A stretch of 64,000 nt of DNA from Alphaproteobacteria bacterium (GTDB lineage: Bacteria; Pseudomonadota; Alphaproteobacteria; SMXQ01), in contig JAURLI010000003.1 of assembly GCA_030831315.1 (NCBI GenBank), positions 18,884 through 82,883 of the forward strand, given 5' to 3'. Below are positions 17,955 to 27,628 of this stretch, piece by piece. How positions within the stretch are numbered: the stretch's first letter is position 1; every line of letters begins with the position of its first letter. Under the pieces are notes generated by a model that worked only from the letters and a program-made list of their open reading frames with translations, ran no database searches and was not told the DNA's origin. Both the position numbers and the translations under genes were made by a program.

Positions 17955-19025
17955 ATGGCGAGGACAGGAATGACGAAGGCTTTAGACAGGTTGCGAGACA
18001 TCGCCGCCGCTTTCACATCCACCCGGGCGTTTTTACGGGATCCGAAGATCGGGGCCACTGCCGCGATCGTGGGCGCCGTCGCGCTCGCTATCGTGACGAC
18101 ACCCGCGTCGATGCCCGTGCCCGATGACGGGCTCTGGTACGATCCGGACGGGCGCATCGTCGTCGAACACAAGACAGCTGCCCGTGACGTGCAGAAGCCC
18201 AAGGGCGTCACCGTGGTTCCGGGCAGCGCGCGCAAGCTCTACAAGGATTTCCGGGGAATCGGTTATCGCCTTGAAGACGTCATGGCGGGCACCGAAAGCG
18301 TGCCGCGTGTATTCGTCAAGGCGATGCCGCACGATCTGCGCCGCCTCAATTCCGCGGAAACGCGCAAGCAGGTCTTCATCAAGACCATGCTGCCGCTCAT
18401 TCTCCGCGTGAACGAGGAACTGCGCCAGAACCGCGCCCGCATCGCCGAACTGACCAATCGCATGGCCGAAGGCGGTCAGCTCACCCGCACCGAGAGCCGT
18501 TGGCTCGCGGCCCAGTATGAACGTCACGAGGTGAAGCCGGGTAACGCGCGCCTGCTGCTGCGCCGCGTCGATGTGATCCCGCCGTCCCTGGCGCTTGCCC
18601 AGGCGGCAGAGGAATCGGGGTGGGGTACCTCGCGTTTCGCGCAGGAAGGCCGCGCGCTCTTCGGTCAGCGTACGACGGCCTCGGGCATCGGCCTGATCCC
18701 CGAAGCCCACGCCGAAGATGCAGGCATCAAGGTCAAGTCCTTCGACGAGCTGCTCGAAGGGGTGCGGTCCTATGCCCGCAACCTGAACACGCACAACGCC
18801 TATGCGGATTTCCGCAAGGTGCGCGCCAAGATGCGCGAATCGTCGCGCGACACCAGCGGCATCAATTCCATGCGCCTGATCGAGACGCTGGAAAGCTATT
18901 CCGCGCGCGGCAAGGAGTACATCGACACGATCAAGAGCATCATCCGCGTGAACAACCTGCGCAGCCTCGACGGCGCAAGGTTGTCGGAAAATGTGCCGAG
19001 CGGCGCGACGCGTCTCGGTACCTGA
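17955..19025 (+). CDS. glucosaminidase (mannosyl-glycoprotein endo-beta-N-acetylglucosaminidase / FlgJ-Bax-like) domain protein with N-terminal TM
   Basis: 'LALAQAAEESGWGTSRFAQEGRALFGQ' is the glucosaminidase catalytic motif. Start 'MARTGMTKAL' at 17955. Confidence 0.7.
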   Translation: MARTGMTKALDRLRDIAAAFTSTRAFLRDPKIGATAAIVGAVALAIVTTPASMPVPDDGLWYDPDGRIVVEHKTAARDVQKPKGVTVVPGSARKLYKDFRGIGYRLEDVMAGTESVPRVFVKAMPHDLRRLNSAETRKQVFIKTMLPLILRVNEELRQNRARIAELTNRMAEGGQLTRTESRWLAAQYERHEVKPGNARLLLRRVDVIPPSLALAQAAEESGWGTSRFAQEGRALFGQRTTASGIGLIPEAHAEDAGIKVKSFDELLEGVRSYARNLNTHNAYADFRKVRAKMRESSRDTSGINSMRLIETLESYSARGKEYIDTIKSIIRVNNLRSLDGARLSENVPSGATRLGT

Positions 19026-19044
19026 TCGCGGCGTTTTTCCGTTG

Positions 19045-19078
19045 AAAAAGGCCCCCGGTTGAACGGGGGCCTTTTTTA
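19045..19078. terminator. bidirectional rho-independent terminator between the convergent glucosaminidase and deacetylase genes
   Basis: AAAAA-GGCCCCCG-gttgaa-CGGGGGCC-TTTTTT. Confidence 0.85.
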
Positions 19079-19086
19079 TTGCCCGG

Positions 19087-20193
19087 TCAGCGCGGCGCCG
19101 CTTTTGGGCGCGGCACGTAATACTGGTAGCCGAACCAGCGCCAGCGACCGTCGGCGGCGGGCAAGGTGCAGTTGATGCGGGCCCTGCCCGGGCGCAATGC
19201 CGTCGGCAGGCGCAGTTCGATCCGCCGTTCGCCCAGCCGTTCAAACGCGAGCTTGCCGTGCAGGGACGAGAAGCAGTTGAGCCGGTTCACCCGGGGAACG
19301 CCGTCGCCCACGGTAAAGCCGAAAGGCGGCGGGTTGGTCTGCGGAACCGGATCGGACGGGCTGATGTCTTTCGCATAGAGAGGCAGCGAATTGACCACCA
19401 GCCGGAAACGCTCGATCGAACCGAACGATTCGTTGAGCGCGAAACGCGGCAGGTAGGACATGTCGTCGCCCGCATGAATGGCGCCCGAATGCTGGCCGAA
19501 GGACGCAACGAAGCCCGCCTTGCGCGCCGCCTCGATCACCTTTGATGAAGCCTCGCCGTAAGGATAGGCCATGATCTGCGGACGAACGCCCAGTTCCTTC
19601 TGCAGGGTCTCGGAAGCCTTGGTGAATTCCTCGGCAACGCGCGCCGCGCTCTGGTCGGCGAGGTGCGCATGGCTCACCGAATGATTGCCGACGGTGACGC
19701 CCGCTTTCATCATTTCCCGGATCTGGCCCCAGGTCATGTACTCGCCACCCGGCGCGCGCGCGATCTGACCGGTCGCAAGAAACAGCGTGAAGGGCAGCTT
19801 TGCCGCGCGCAATCGCGGCCACAATTCGCGATAGACCGATGTAAACGCATCATCGACGGTGATGGCGATGGCGCGGTCTGGAAGCTTTTCGCGCTTTTGC
19901 AGGGCCGCGACGACATCGGGCAGTGCCATGACATTGTATTTGCCCGAGGTCAGTTCCTTGATATGCGCCTCGAGCTGCTCAAGGCGAATATTGGTCGAGG
20001 GATATTTCGCCTCGCCGATGCGGTGATACATGATCACGACGGCGCGGGTCGCGTCACGGTCGACCGCATCCATGCCGTTTTGTTTTTGCTGGGCCCTGAC
20101 GGATTCTGCCGTGCAGCCGAGCGCGAGCGCACTGGCTAACATCCACCCGGCGAGCCGGCGGAACCCCCGATATCCGATTAATTGGCGTGTCAT
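19087..20193 (-). CDS. polysaccharide deacetylase (NodB homology) family lipoprotein
   Basis: 'LALGC' lipobox and 'IAITVDDAF...HSVSHAHL' NodB motifs. Confidence 0.8.
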   Translation of the reverse strand: MTRQLIGYRGFRRLAGWMLASALALGCTAESVRAQQKQNGMDAVDRDATRAVVIMYHRIGEAKYPSTNIRLEQLEAHIKELTSGKYNVMALPDVVAALQKREKLPDRAIAITVDDAFTSVYRELWPRLRAAKLPFTLFLATGQIARAPGGEYMTWGQIREMMKAGVTVGNHSVSHAHLADQSAARVAEEFTKASETLQKELGVRPQIMAYPYGEASSKVIEAARKAGFVASFGQHSGAIHAGDDMSYLPRFALNESFGSIERFRLVVNSLPLYAKDISPSDPVPQTNPPPFGFTVGDGVPRVNRLNCFSSLHGKLAFERLGERRIELRLPTALRPGRARINCTLPAADGRWRWFGYQYYVPRPKAAPR

Positions 20194-20270
20194 CGGTGCC
20201 CCCGATCTGATTGCCGCGCCAGATTAGGGGGCTGCTCACCGCCGGGGCAAGGAAATGTCGCTGTCCCGCC

Positions 20271-20864
20271 CTATGCCGAAGGCATCATGGGCTGAGCCAG
20301 GGCCTTGTCGGAAACAAGCGGAAAGCGGCGCGATTCGAACATCTGGTAATGCCACCATTCGTTACGGTAAAAGTCCCAGCCTGCCGCCGTCATGATGCCC
20401 AGCAGCAGGTGACGGTTGCGGGCCGCATCGGCTCCGATATCGCGGTTGGCGTGGTGGGACAGGGGCGTGAAGGCATCGAAACCGGTGCCCATGTCGAGCT
20501 CCCGTCCCGAGCGGTCGATCAGGGTAAGATCGACGGCGACGCCGCGCGAATGGGGCGAGCCGCGCCGGGGGTCGGCCAGAAAATCAGGATCGGGCGTATG
20601 GTTCCACAATACCCACTGTGCTTCGGTCGGCCGGTAGGCATCGAAGATTTTCAGCCGCAGGCCGATATCGGCAGCAAGGGCGATGGCGCGGGCAAGCAGC
20701 TTCGCGGCTTCCTCATGCAGGTAGCAGCCGGGGCGCCCATAGACGGGCTTGCCGGTAAAGTTGTCGGCGGTGGCATAGGCGATGGCAATATCGACATCAA
20801 AGGCGGGTGGCGCGATTTCGATCAGCGCGGCGCCTTCGGTCAGGATTACGGGTTCCTCGGACAT
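20271..20864 (-). CDS. ddpX: D-alanyl-D-alanine dipeptidase (M15D, VanX/DdpX family)
   Basis: 'SRGVAVDLTL' and the 'WWHY' region are M15 zinc-ligand motifs. The 197-aa size fits the family. An alternative start at 20882 is possible. Confidence 0.8.
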   Translation of the reverse strand: MSEEPVILTEGAALIEIAPPAFDVDIAIAYATADNFTGKPVYGRPGCYLHEEAAKLLARAIALAADIGLRLKIFDAYRPTEAQWVLWNHTPDPDFLADPRRGSPHSRGVAVDLTLIDRSGRELDMGTGFDAFTPLSHHANRDIGADAARNRHLLLGIMTAAGWDFYRNEWWHYQMFESRRFPLVSDKALAQPMMPSA

Positions 20865-20906
20865 GGTGCGGCAGTCTAGCATGGACGCGCGGGAACGATC
20901 ACGGAC

Positions 20907-21587
20907 ATGAAACACATACTCGGCATAGATGCCTCGACCACCGCCTGTTCGGCGGCGGTCCTGACGGGCGACACAATCGCGGCATGGCGCTTCGAGGCGA
21001 TGGAGCGCGGCCAGGCCGAACGCCTCAATCCCATGATCGGCGAGGCGATGGACGAGGCGGGCATCGGCTTTGGCGATTTGTCCCTGGTCGCGGTGACGAC
21101 CGGGCCCGGCGCCTTCACGGGCCTGCGCATCGGCCTTGCCTGCGCGCGCGCCATTTCCCTTGCCGCCGGCGTTCCGCTTGCCGGCATCACGACTTTCGAT
21201 GCGCTTGCGCGTGCCGTGTCCGATGACGAACGCGGCGCGATGGCGGCGGCGGGCGGGCGCCTGCTCGTTTGCGTCGAGGCCAAGCGACGCGATGTGTTTG
21301 TCCAGCTTTTCGATGCGGACCTCGCGCCCGTGGGCGAAGCCGGCGCGATGGACGGCGAGGCCGCGCGGGTGGCGCTCGCCGACGGGTATTATCTCCTCGC
21401 CGGCGACGGCGCCGAACATTTGCGCCCCATGCTGGCGGGGAATCCGCATGTCAGGTTTTCCGCGGCCCTTGCGCCACCCGATGCCCGCCATGTCGCGGCC
21501 ATTGGTGCCGCGCGCGGTCCCTCGCCCCAGGCGCCGCGGCCTTTTTATATCCGCCCCCCTGACGTCCGGCTGCCCGCCAGAGGCTGA
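20907..21587 (+). CDS. tsaB: tRNA threonylcarbamoyladenosine biosynthesis protein TsaB (YeaZ)
   Basis: 'ILGIDASTTACSAAVL...VAVTTGPGAFTGLRIGLA' is the inactive Kae1/YgjD paralogue signature. Confidence 0.85.
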   Translation: MKHILGIDASTTACSAAVLTGDTIAAWRFEAMERGQAERLNPMIGEAMDEAGIGFGDLSLVAVTTGPGAFTGLRIGLACARAISLAAGVPLAGITTFDALARAVSDDERGAMAAAGGRLLVCVEAKRRDVFVQLFDADLAPVGEAGAMDGEAARVALADGYYLLAGDGAEHLRPMLAGNPHVRFSAALAPPDARHVAAIGAARGPSPQAPRPFYIRPPDVRLPARG

Positions 21588-21589
21588 AC

Positions 21590-22078
21590 ATGGACCGGCC
21601 CGAAACGAAAATCTCGATCGTTCCCGCGACGATGGTGCACGGCAATGTCATTTCGGCCCTGCATAGCGCCTGTTTTGACGACGGCTGGAGTCCCTTCACC
21701 GTGCGCCAGGTACTCAACATGCCGGGCGCCTTCGGGCTCGTTGCCGTACCCGAAGGCTGTAGCGTGCCGGAACCGGATCTTGCCGGGTTCGTGCTGGCCC
21801 GCGCTGCGGCGGGCGAATGCGAAATCCTGTCGATTGCCGTGGGGGAAACCTGGCGTGGCCTCGGCATCGCCCGCTCGCTGATGGAAGCAGCCATTGCCGC
21901 GGCGCGGGCGGCGGGCGCCGTATCGCTCTTTCTCGAGGTCGCTGAAGACAACGACGCGGCGCAGGCGCTCTATCGCCGCTTCGGCTTCACGCCGGTGGGG
22001 CGGCGGCGCGACTACTACAAGCGCGCTGGCGGCCCTCCCGTCGCCGCGCTGACGCTTTTCCTGCGCATAGAACCCTGA
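21590..22078 (+). CDS. rimI: ribosomal-protein-alanine N-acetyltransferase (GNAT)
   Basis: GNAT motif A 'ILSIAVGETWRGLGIARSLM'. Conserved tsaB-rimI pairing. Confidence 0.8.
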   Translation: MDRPETKISIVPATMVHGNVISALHSACFDDGWSPFTVRQVLNMPGAFGLVAVPEGCSVPEPDLAGFVLARAAAGECEILSIAVGETWRGLGIARSLMEAAIAAARAAGAVSLFLEVAEDNDAAQALYRRFGFTPVGRRRDYYKRAGGPPVAALTLFLRIEP

Positions 22079-22087
22079 GGCGCGGCG

Positions 22088-22327
22088 TCAGACCTTGCGC
22101 AGAACCAGCACATAGGTTTCCCCGCTCGGGTCATCTTCGGCCAGGGCCAGCGAAACGACCTCGTGGCCGTGGTCGCGCACCGATCGCGGGACATTCTCGC
22201 GCGGTTCCTGCCCGCGCAGGCGCACCCTGGCGACATCGCCCGCTTCCATGCGCTCGATCAGCAGCTTGGTCTTGACGAAGGTCAGGGGGCAGCGGTCCCC
22301 GGTAATATCCAGATCGTGTTGTTTCAT
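22088..22327 (-). CDS. TusA-like (SirA/YedF/YeeD) sulfur-carrier protein
   Basis: 79 aa with 'DITGDRCPLTF', a variant of the CPxP motif near the N-terminus. Confidence 0.7.
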   Translation of the reverse strand: MKQHDLDITGDRCPLTFVKTKLLIERMEAGDVARVRLRGQEPRENVPRSVRDHGHEVVSLALAEDDPSGETYVLVLRKV

Positions 22328-22442
22328 GTATTTATTTTATTTCGTCTATTGAACCTGCAAATACTTATTATTATATTGCCGTCGCATACCGCTAAAGGCG
22401 GATCTTTGTGAAGAATTACAGAAATAAAGCGAGAACCTTTAC
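22328..22442 (+). promoter_or_regulatory. AT-rich (~30% GC) promoter/leader island upstream of mucR
   Basis: This is the lowest-GC stretch of the window, and MucR/Ros proteins bind AT-rich DNA and autoregulate. Confidence 0.5.
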
Positions 22443-22853
22443 ATGGCCGAAAAAACCGAAGCCAACGACCTGCTCGTCCTGACCACCGAGATCGTGGCCT
22501 CCTACGTTGCCAATCACACGGTCCCCGTCGACGAACTGCCGCGGCTGACCCGGCAAGTGTATTCGACTCTCGCAGGGATCGGCCAGCCCGCCATCGAAGC
22601 CGGTGACCGGCCGCAGCCGGCGGTACCGGTGAAGAAGTCGGTTCATCCCGACTACATCATCTGCCTGGAGGACGGCCGCAAGCTCAAGATGCTGAAGCGC
22701 CACCTCAAGACCGCCTACAACATGACGCCGGAGGAATACCGCGAGCGTTGGGGCCTGTCCGCCGATTACCCCATGGTCGCGCCGAACTATGCGCGCCAGC
22801 GCTCGTCGCTGGCTAAGAAAATCGGCCTTGGCACGAAGCCGCGCCGGGATTGA
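22443..22853 (+). CDS. mucR: MucR/Ros family zinc-finger transcriptional regulator
   Basis: 'HPDYIICLEDGRKLKMLKRHLKTAYNMTPEEYRERWGL' is the Ros/MucR C2H2-like finger. Confidence 0.9.
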   Translation: MAEKTEANDLLVLTTEIVASYVANHTVPVDELPRLTRQVYSTLAGIGQPAIEAGDRPQPAVPVKKSVHPDYIICLEDGRKLKMLKRHLKTAYNMTPEEYRERWGLSADYPMVAPNYARQRSSLAKKIGLGTKPRRD

Positions 22854-22974
22854 CCGTACGTGCAGCATGGTTTCTTGCCCGAGTCCGGGCGGTAAGCCGT
22901 TGCAAAAATGCCCATAAATTAGAACAATGCCGACAGGCACCCGGATTGCCCGGATGCCCGTGAACGGGTAGACG

Positions 22975-23406
22975 ATGTCGCCTCTTGAGCAGCTTTGCCT
23001 AGACAAGGGCATGAAGATGACGGAACAGCGCCGGATCATCGCGCGCGTTCTGTCGGATTCCGAAGATCATCCCGATGTGGAAGAGCTTCATCGCCGCGCC
23101 TCAGCCATCGATCCCCGCATCTCCATCGCCACGGTCTACCGCACGGTGCGCCTGTTCGAGGAAGCCAATATCCTCGACAAGCACGATTTCGGCGACGGGC
23201 GCTCACGTTACGAACAGCGGCCGGGTACTCATCACGATCACCTGATCAATATCCGGTCTGGTGACGTCGTCGAATTTCGCAACGAGGAAATCGAAGCCCT
23301 TCAACGCCGGATCGCCGACCAGATGGGATACGAACTGGTCGATCACCGGTTGGAACTCTATTGCGTACCAAAAAAGGGAACCGGGCCTCAAAAGGACGGG
23401 AAGTAA
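22975..23406 (+). CDS. fur: Fur-family regulator lacking the structural-Zn cysteines (alphaproteobacterial Fur/Mur type)
   Basis: Collinear with rhizobial Mur: 'MKMTEQRRIIARVLSDSEDHPDVEEL...SIATVYRTVRLFEEANIL..HHDHLI..EFRNEEIEALQ..LVDHRLELY'. Confidence 0.85.
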   Translation: MSPLEQLCLDKGMKMTEQRRIIARVLSDSEDHPDVEELHRRASAIDPRISIATVYRTVRLFEEANILDKHDFGDGRSRYEQRPGTHHDHLINIRSGDVVEFRNEEIEALQRRIADQMGYELVDHRLELYCVPKKGTGPQKDGK

Positions 23407-23415
23407 TCCCGTGGG

Positions 23416-24279
23416 ATGCCGACGGCATCCGGCCGGAGCGACAGGCAAGTGACAATTGATCTTGGATCACGTCCGGAGTCCCTGCTGACTGGCCACCGCG
23501 CGGGCAACCTCGAGGTGCGCCTGGCACGCAACGAGGCCGAGATCGTCGCTTCCCAGCAGTTGCGCTACCGCGTCTTCTACGAAGAAATGAATGCGCATCC
23601 GACGCCCGACATGGCGCGCGAAAAGCGCGATTCGGATGGGTTCGATCCTCATTGCGACCACCTGCTGGTGGTCGATCTGACGGCGGGCGACAATCCCGCC
23701 GATTATGTCGTCGGAACCTACCGGTTGATCCGGCGTTCAGCCGCCGCCCGTCAGGGCGGGTTTTACACGGCGGGCGAATTCGACATTTCGCTGATCGAGG
23801 CATTGCCCGGCGAAATCCTCGAGCTTGGCCGCTCCTGCGTCGCACAGGCCCATCGCAACCGGCCGACGATGCAGCTCATGTGGCTCGGCATCTCGGCCTA
23901 CGTGTTCCACTACGACATCGCGATGATGTTCGGCTGCGGCTCGCTCGCCGGAACCGATGTGGAGGCGGCGGCGGTGCCGCTCAGCTATCTCTACCATTTT
24001 CATCTGGCGCCCGAAGATTTTCGCCCACGCGCGCTGTCCGGGCGCTACGTGGACATGAACCGCATGGCGAAGGAATCGCTCGATCCGCGCCGCGCGCTCA
24101 ACGAATTGCCACCGTTGATCAAGGGCTACCTGCGTCTCGGCGGCTTCATTGGTGATGGCGCCGTGGTGGACGAACAGTTCAACACCATCGACGTCTGCAT
24201 CCTGGTCAAAACCGATCTCGTTACCGAGAAATACGTCCGTCACTACCAGCGTGAACGGCGCGGCTCGGGGAGCGCCTGA
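23416..24279 (+). CDS. olsB: ornithine lipid synthesis N-acyltransferase OlsB (GNAT / hemolysin-like)
   Basis: 'LRYRVFYEEMNA...DGFDPHCDHLLVVD...YRLI' is the OlsB-family signature. A GTG at 23449 ('MTIDLGSRPE') is an alternative start. Confidence 0.78.
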   Translation: MPTASGRSDRQVTIDLGSRPESLLTGHRAGNLEVRLARNEAEIVASQQLRYRVFYEEMNAHPTPDMAREKRDSDGFDPHCDHLLVVDLTAGDNPADYVVGTYRLIRRSAAARQGGFYTAGEFDISLIEALPGEILELGRSCVAQAHRNRPTMQLMWLGISAYVFHYDIAMMFGCGSLAGTDVEAAAVPLSYLYHFHLAPEDFRPRALSGRYVDMNRMAKESLDPRRALNELPPLIKGYLRLGGFIGDGAVVDEQFNTIDVCILVKTDLVTEKYVRHYQRERRGSGSA

Positions 24280-24308
24280 TTCCTCCCGTCTCTGTCATCC
24301 TGTCGTCT

Positions 24309-25091
24309 GTGAAGGCGGTTCTGTATCTCGCCTTCACCGTGCCGCTGATGCCTGTCCAGCTTGTGGCGGCAGTGCTGGGCCTGCGCCTTGCGCGCCGGCT
24401 GCCGGTTTTCTATCACCGCCGCGTCGCCCGCCTGCTCGGCATCGATGTCGTCGCGACCGGCAGGCAGGTCACGCCAGCGCCCGTGCTGTTTGTCGGCAAT
24501 CATGTCAGTTACCTCGATATCTGCGTGCTGGGCGGGTTGATCGAGGGCAGCTTCGTCGCCAAGTCCGAGATCGCGGGCTGGCCGTTCTTTGGCTGGCTTG
24601 CCAAGCTTCAGCGCACTGTCTTCGTCGAGCGCCGTGCGGCGCGCGCTCGTCACCAGCGCGACGAGATTTCTGCTCGCCTCGATGCCGGCGACAATCTCAT
24701 CCTGTTTCCAGAAGGCACGTCGGACGACGGCATTCACGTGCTGCCGTTCCGCAGCGCCCTTTTTGCCGTCGCCGAGCGCGAGGTCGCGGGCAAGCCGCTG
24801 GTCGTACAGCCGTTCTCCATCGCCTATACGCAAATCGGCACCCTGCCGATGGTGCGCGACTGGCAGCCCCTTTGCGCCTGGTACGGCGACATGGGGCTCG
24901 GTGGCCACCTTTGGCGGGTTTTGGGCCTTGGCCGCATCGGCGCCCAGGTCGTGTTTCACGCGCCGGTATCGCTGGCCGACTTCCCCGATCGCAAGGCCCT
25001 GGCCGAACATTGCCGCCGGGTCGTGGCCGAGGGCCTGGCGGCGGCCAATTCCGGCCGGCTGCCCGCGGCAGAGCCCGCCCCCTCCGCTTGA
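24309..25091 (+). CDS. olsA: lyso-ornithine lipid O-acyltransferase OlsA (PlsC family)
   Basis: 'FVGNHVSYLDI' (HX4D) and 'ILFPEGTSDDG' acyltransferase motifs. Lies immediately downstream of olsB. Confidence 0.75.
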   Translation: MKAVLYLAFTVPLMPVQLVAAVLGLRLARRLPVFYHRRVARLLGIDVVATGRQVTPAPVLFVGNHVSYLDICVLGGLIEGSFVAKSEIAGWPFFGWLAKLQRTVFVERRAARARHQRDEISARLDAGDNLILFPEGTSDDGIHVLPFRSALFAVAEREVAGKPLVVQPFSIAYTQIGTLPMVRDWQPLCAWYGDMGLGGHLWRVLGLGRIGAQVVFHAPVSLADFPDRKALAEHCRRVVAEGLAAANSGRLPAAEPAPSA

Positions 25092-25178
25092 CTCTCGGGG
25101 GCTGGATGCTAGTTTCCCCAAGAATCCTGCGGGGTCCGTGCCCGGCCGCGGCCGGGTCGATGTCCGGAAACGGCGATA

Positions 25179-26540
25179 TTGGCTAAGAAGCTTTTCATCA
25201 AAACCTACGGCTGCCAGATGAACGTCTATGACTCCGCCCGCATGGCGGATGTCCTGGCGGGCGAAGGCTATGAGGCGACCGACAGCGCGGCCGATGCCGA
25301 CCTCGTGCTGCTCAACACCTGTCATATCCGCGAAAAGGCTGCCGAAAAGGTCTATTCGGAACTGGGCCGCCTGCGCGAGTTGCGGGCCGAGGTGCAGGCT
25401 GCCGGCCGCGAGCTGACCATCGGTGTCGGCGGTTGCGTCGCCCAGGCCGAGGGCGAGGAAATGGTGCGCCGCGCGCCGGTCGTCGATTTCGTCTTCGGGC
25501 CGCAGACCTATCATCGCCTGCCCCACATGCTGGCGCGCGCAGGCCGGGGCGAAAAGACGGTGGAAACCGATCTTGCCACCGAACCGAAGTTCGAGGCGCT
25601 CGGTACCGTCGCTGCCGCGGGCAAGGTCACGGCGTTCCTGTCCGTGCAGGAGGGCTGCGACAAGTTCTGCACCTTCTGCGTCGTGCCCTACACGCGCGGC
25701 GCGGAATATTCGCGCCCGGTTGCCGAAGTTCTCGCCGAAGCGCGCGCCCTTGTTGCGTCCGGTGCGCGCGAGATCACGCTGCTCGGCCAGAACGTCAACG
25801 GCTATCACGGGGCTTCGCCCGATGGCGCGGGTTCCTGGACGCTCGGCAGGCTGATACGCGACCTTGCCGGAATAGATGGGCTTGCGCGCATACGCTTCAC
25901 CACCTCCCATCCGCGCGACATGGACGACGACCTGATTGCCGCCCATCGCGACGTGCCGCAGCTGATGCCTTACCTGCACCTGCCGGTGCAATCGGGGTCG
26001 GACCGCATCCTTGCCGCGATGAACCGCAGGTACACCACGCGCGATTTTCTTTCGATCGTCGAAAGACTGCGCGCCGCGCGTCCCGATATCGCGCTGACGT
26101 CCGATTTCATCGTCGGCTTCCCCGGCGAAACCGATGACGATTTCGAAGCGACGCTGGCGCTTGTTCGCGACGTTCGCTTCGCCGCGGCTTTTTCCTTCAA
26201 GTATTCGCCGCGCCCCGGCACGCCCGCCGCCGCCGCCGACGGCCAAATCCCCGAAGAGGTGAAGGCCGCGCGCCTTGCCCGCCTTCAGGACGTCATCAAC
26301 GAACAGATGCGCACCTTCAACGAATCCTGTGTCGGGCGCACTCTCGACGTGCTGTTCGACAAGCCCGGCCGCCGCGCCGGGCAGGCGGGCGGGCGCAGCC
26401 CCTATCTTCAGCCCGTGCATGTCGATTGCGACGATGCGGGTGCGTTGATCGGCAAGGTCGTCCCCGTGCGCATTACCGGGACCGGGCAGAATTCGCTTTC
26501 GGGCACTCTTGCCGGCGCCCGCGCCGAGGTGCCCGCATGA
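25179..26540 (+). CDS. miaB: tRNA-2-methylthio-N6-dimethylallyladenosine synthase
   Basis: '[16 protein letters not shown]' UPF0004 domain, '[11 protein letters not shown]' radical-SAM motif and a TRAM domain. Confidence 0.95.
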   Translation: MAKKLFIKTYGCQMNVYDSARMADVLAGEGYEATDSAADADLVLLNTCHIREKAAEKVYSELGRLRELRAEVQAAGRELTIGVGGCVAQAEGEEMVRRAPVVDFVFGPQTYHRLPHMLARAGRGEKTVETDLATEPKFEALGTVAAAGKVTAFLSVQEGCDKFCTFCVVPYTRGAEYSRPVAEVLAEARALVASGAREITLLGQNVNGYHGASPDGAGSWTLGRLIRDLAGIDGLARIRFTTSHPRDMDDDLIAAHRDVPQLMPYLHLPVQSGSDRILAAMNRRYTTRDFLSIVERLRAARPDIALTSDFIVGFPGETDDDFEATLALVRDVRFAAAFSFKYSPRPGTPAAAADGQIPEEVKAARLARLQDVINEQMRTFNESCVGRTLDVLFDKPGRRAGQAGGRSPYLQPVHVDCDDAGALIGKVVPVRITGTGQNSLSGTLAGARAEVPA

Positions 26541-27628
26541 CCCGCCAGCCCGGAAAGAAACGCCGCGCCGCAACCAAGTCCGAAACGCGCGTCCGTCCGC
26601 GCGGCCAGCCCGCGCCAGCGCTGGTGATGGAATTCGAGGACAACGCGCGCCTGCCGCAGCTTTTCGGCGAGCATGATCGCAATCTCGCGCGCATCGAACA
26701 CGATCTCGGCGTTGCCATTACCGCGCGCGGCAACCGCATCGCCATTACCGGCGACAAGATACAGGCCGCCGCGGCGCGCGAGGTCCTGGCGCTTCTTTAT
26801 GCGCGCCTGGCGGGCGGGGTTGAACTCGACCGCGCCGAAGTGGATGCCACCGTGCGCCTTGCCGCCGACGGGCGGCTCGGCGCCATCGCCTCGGCGGCGG
26901 GCGCGCAGGGTGCTGCTCTTGATCAGTTGCGCCGGCGCATCGTGCCGCGCACGGCGGCGCAGGCCGCATACATAGAGGCGATGCAGACCCATGAACTTGT
27001 CTTCGGGCTCGGTCCCGCAGGCACCGGCAAGACCTATCTCGCCGTCGCTACCGCCGTCGCCATGCTGCGCGCGGGCGAGGTCGATCGCATCATCCTGTCG
27101 CGTCCCGCGGTGGAAGCGGGCGAGCGTCTCGGCTTCCTTCCCGGCGATATTCGCGAAAAGGTCGATCCCTATCTGCGCCCGCTCTACGACGCGCTTTACG
27201 ACATGCTGCCCGCGGATCAGGTGGTCAAGCGGTTGGCCAGCGGCGAGGTGGAGGTGGCGCCTCTCGCCTTCATGCGCGGGCGCACCCTGGCCCATGCCTT
27301 CGTCATCCTGGATGAAGCGCAGAATACGACCCCGGTGCAGATGAAGATGTGCCTGACGCGCCTGGGCGAGGGATCGCGCATGGTGGTGACGGGTGACCTC
27401 AGCCAGATCGATCTGCCCGGCGGCGTGCGCTCGGGCCTTGCCGATGCCGCCGATGCGCTTGCCGATGTCGATGGCGTCGCCTTCATGCGCTTCACCAATG
27501 CTGACATGGTTCGTCATCCGCTGGTGACCCGCGTTGTGCATGCCTATGACGAGGCCGAGCGCCGCCGCAAGGCAGGCGGCGTGCGCCTCGCCACCTCAGG
27601 GACCAAGGGCGATGACGGCACATCCTGA
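26537..27628 (+). CDS. ybeZ: PhoH-like ATPase (YbeZ)
   Basis: '[16 protein letters not shown]' Walker A. Its ATG overlaps the miaB stop (ATGA). Confidence 0.9.
   Translation: MTRQPGKKRRAATKSETRVRPRGQPAPALVMEFEDNARLPQLFGEHDRNLARIEHDLGVAITARGNRIAITGDKIQAAAAREVLALLYARLAGGVELDRAEVDATVRLAADGRLGAIASAAGAQGAALDQLRRRIVPRTAAQAAYIEAMQTHELVFGLGPAGTGKTYLAVATAVAMLRAGEVDRIILSRPAVEAGERLGFLPGDIREKVDPYLRPLYDALYDMLPADQVVKRLASGEVEVAPLAFMRGRTLAHAFVILDEAQNTTPVQMKMCLTRLGEGSRMVVTGDLSQIDLPGGVRSGLADAADALADVDGVAFMRFTNADMVRHPLVTRVVHAYDEAERRRKAGGVRLATSGTKGDDGTS

Noticed and set aside
22855-22975. Fur/Mur box or Irr half-site upstream of fur
   Set aside because: 'AATTAGAA' and 'TTGCAAAAATGC' each resemble half-sites, but neither forms a complete dyad. 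This is too weak to call.
24243-26573. 776-aa minus-strand ORF, plus similar long antisense ORFs at 35629..37602, 10355..12052, 12056..13465, 15435..16838, 18033..19244, 61190..62374 and 62918..63994
   Set aside because: All are antisense to strongly supported genes (olsA/miaB, infB, glnD, murJ, tauE, the glucosaminidase gene, gyrB). They have low-complexity R/A/G/P-rich translations and no recognisable domains.
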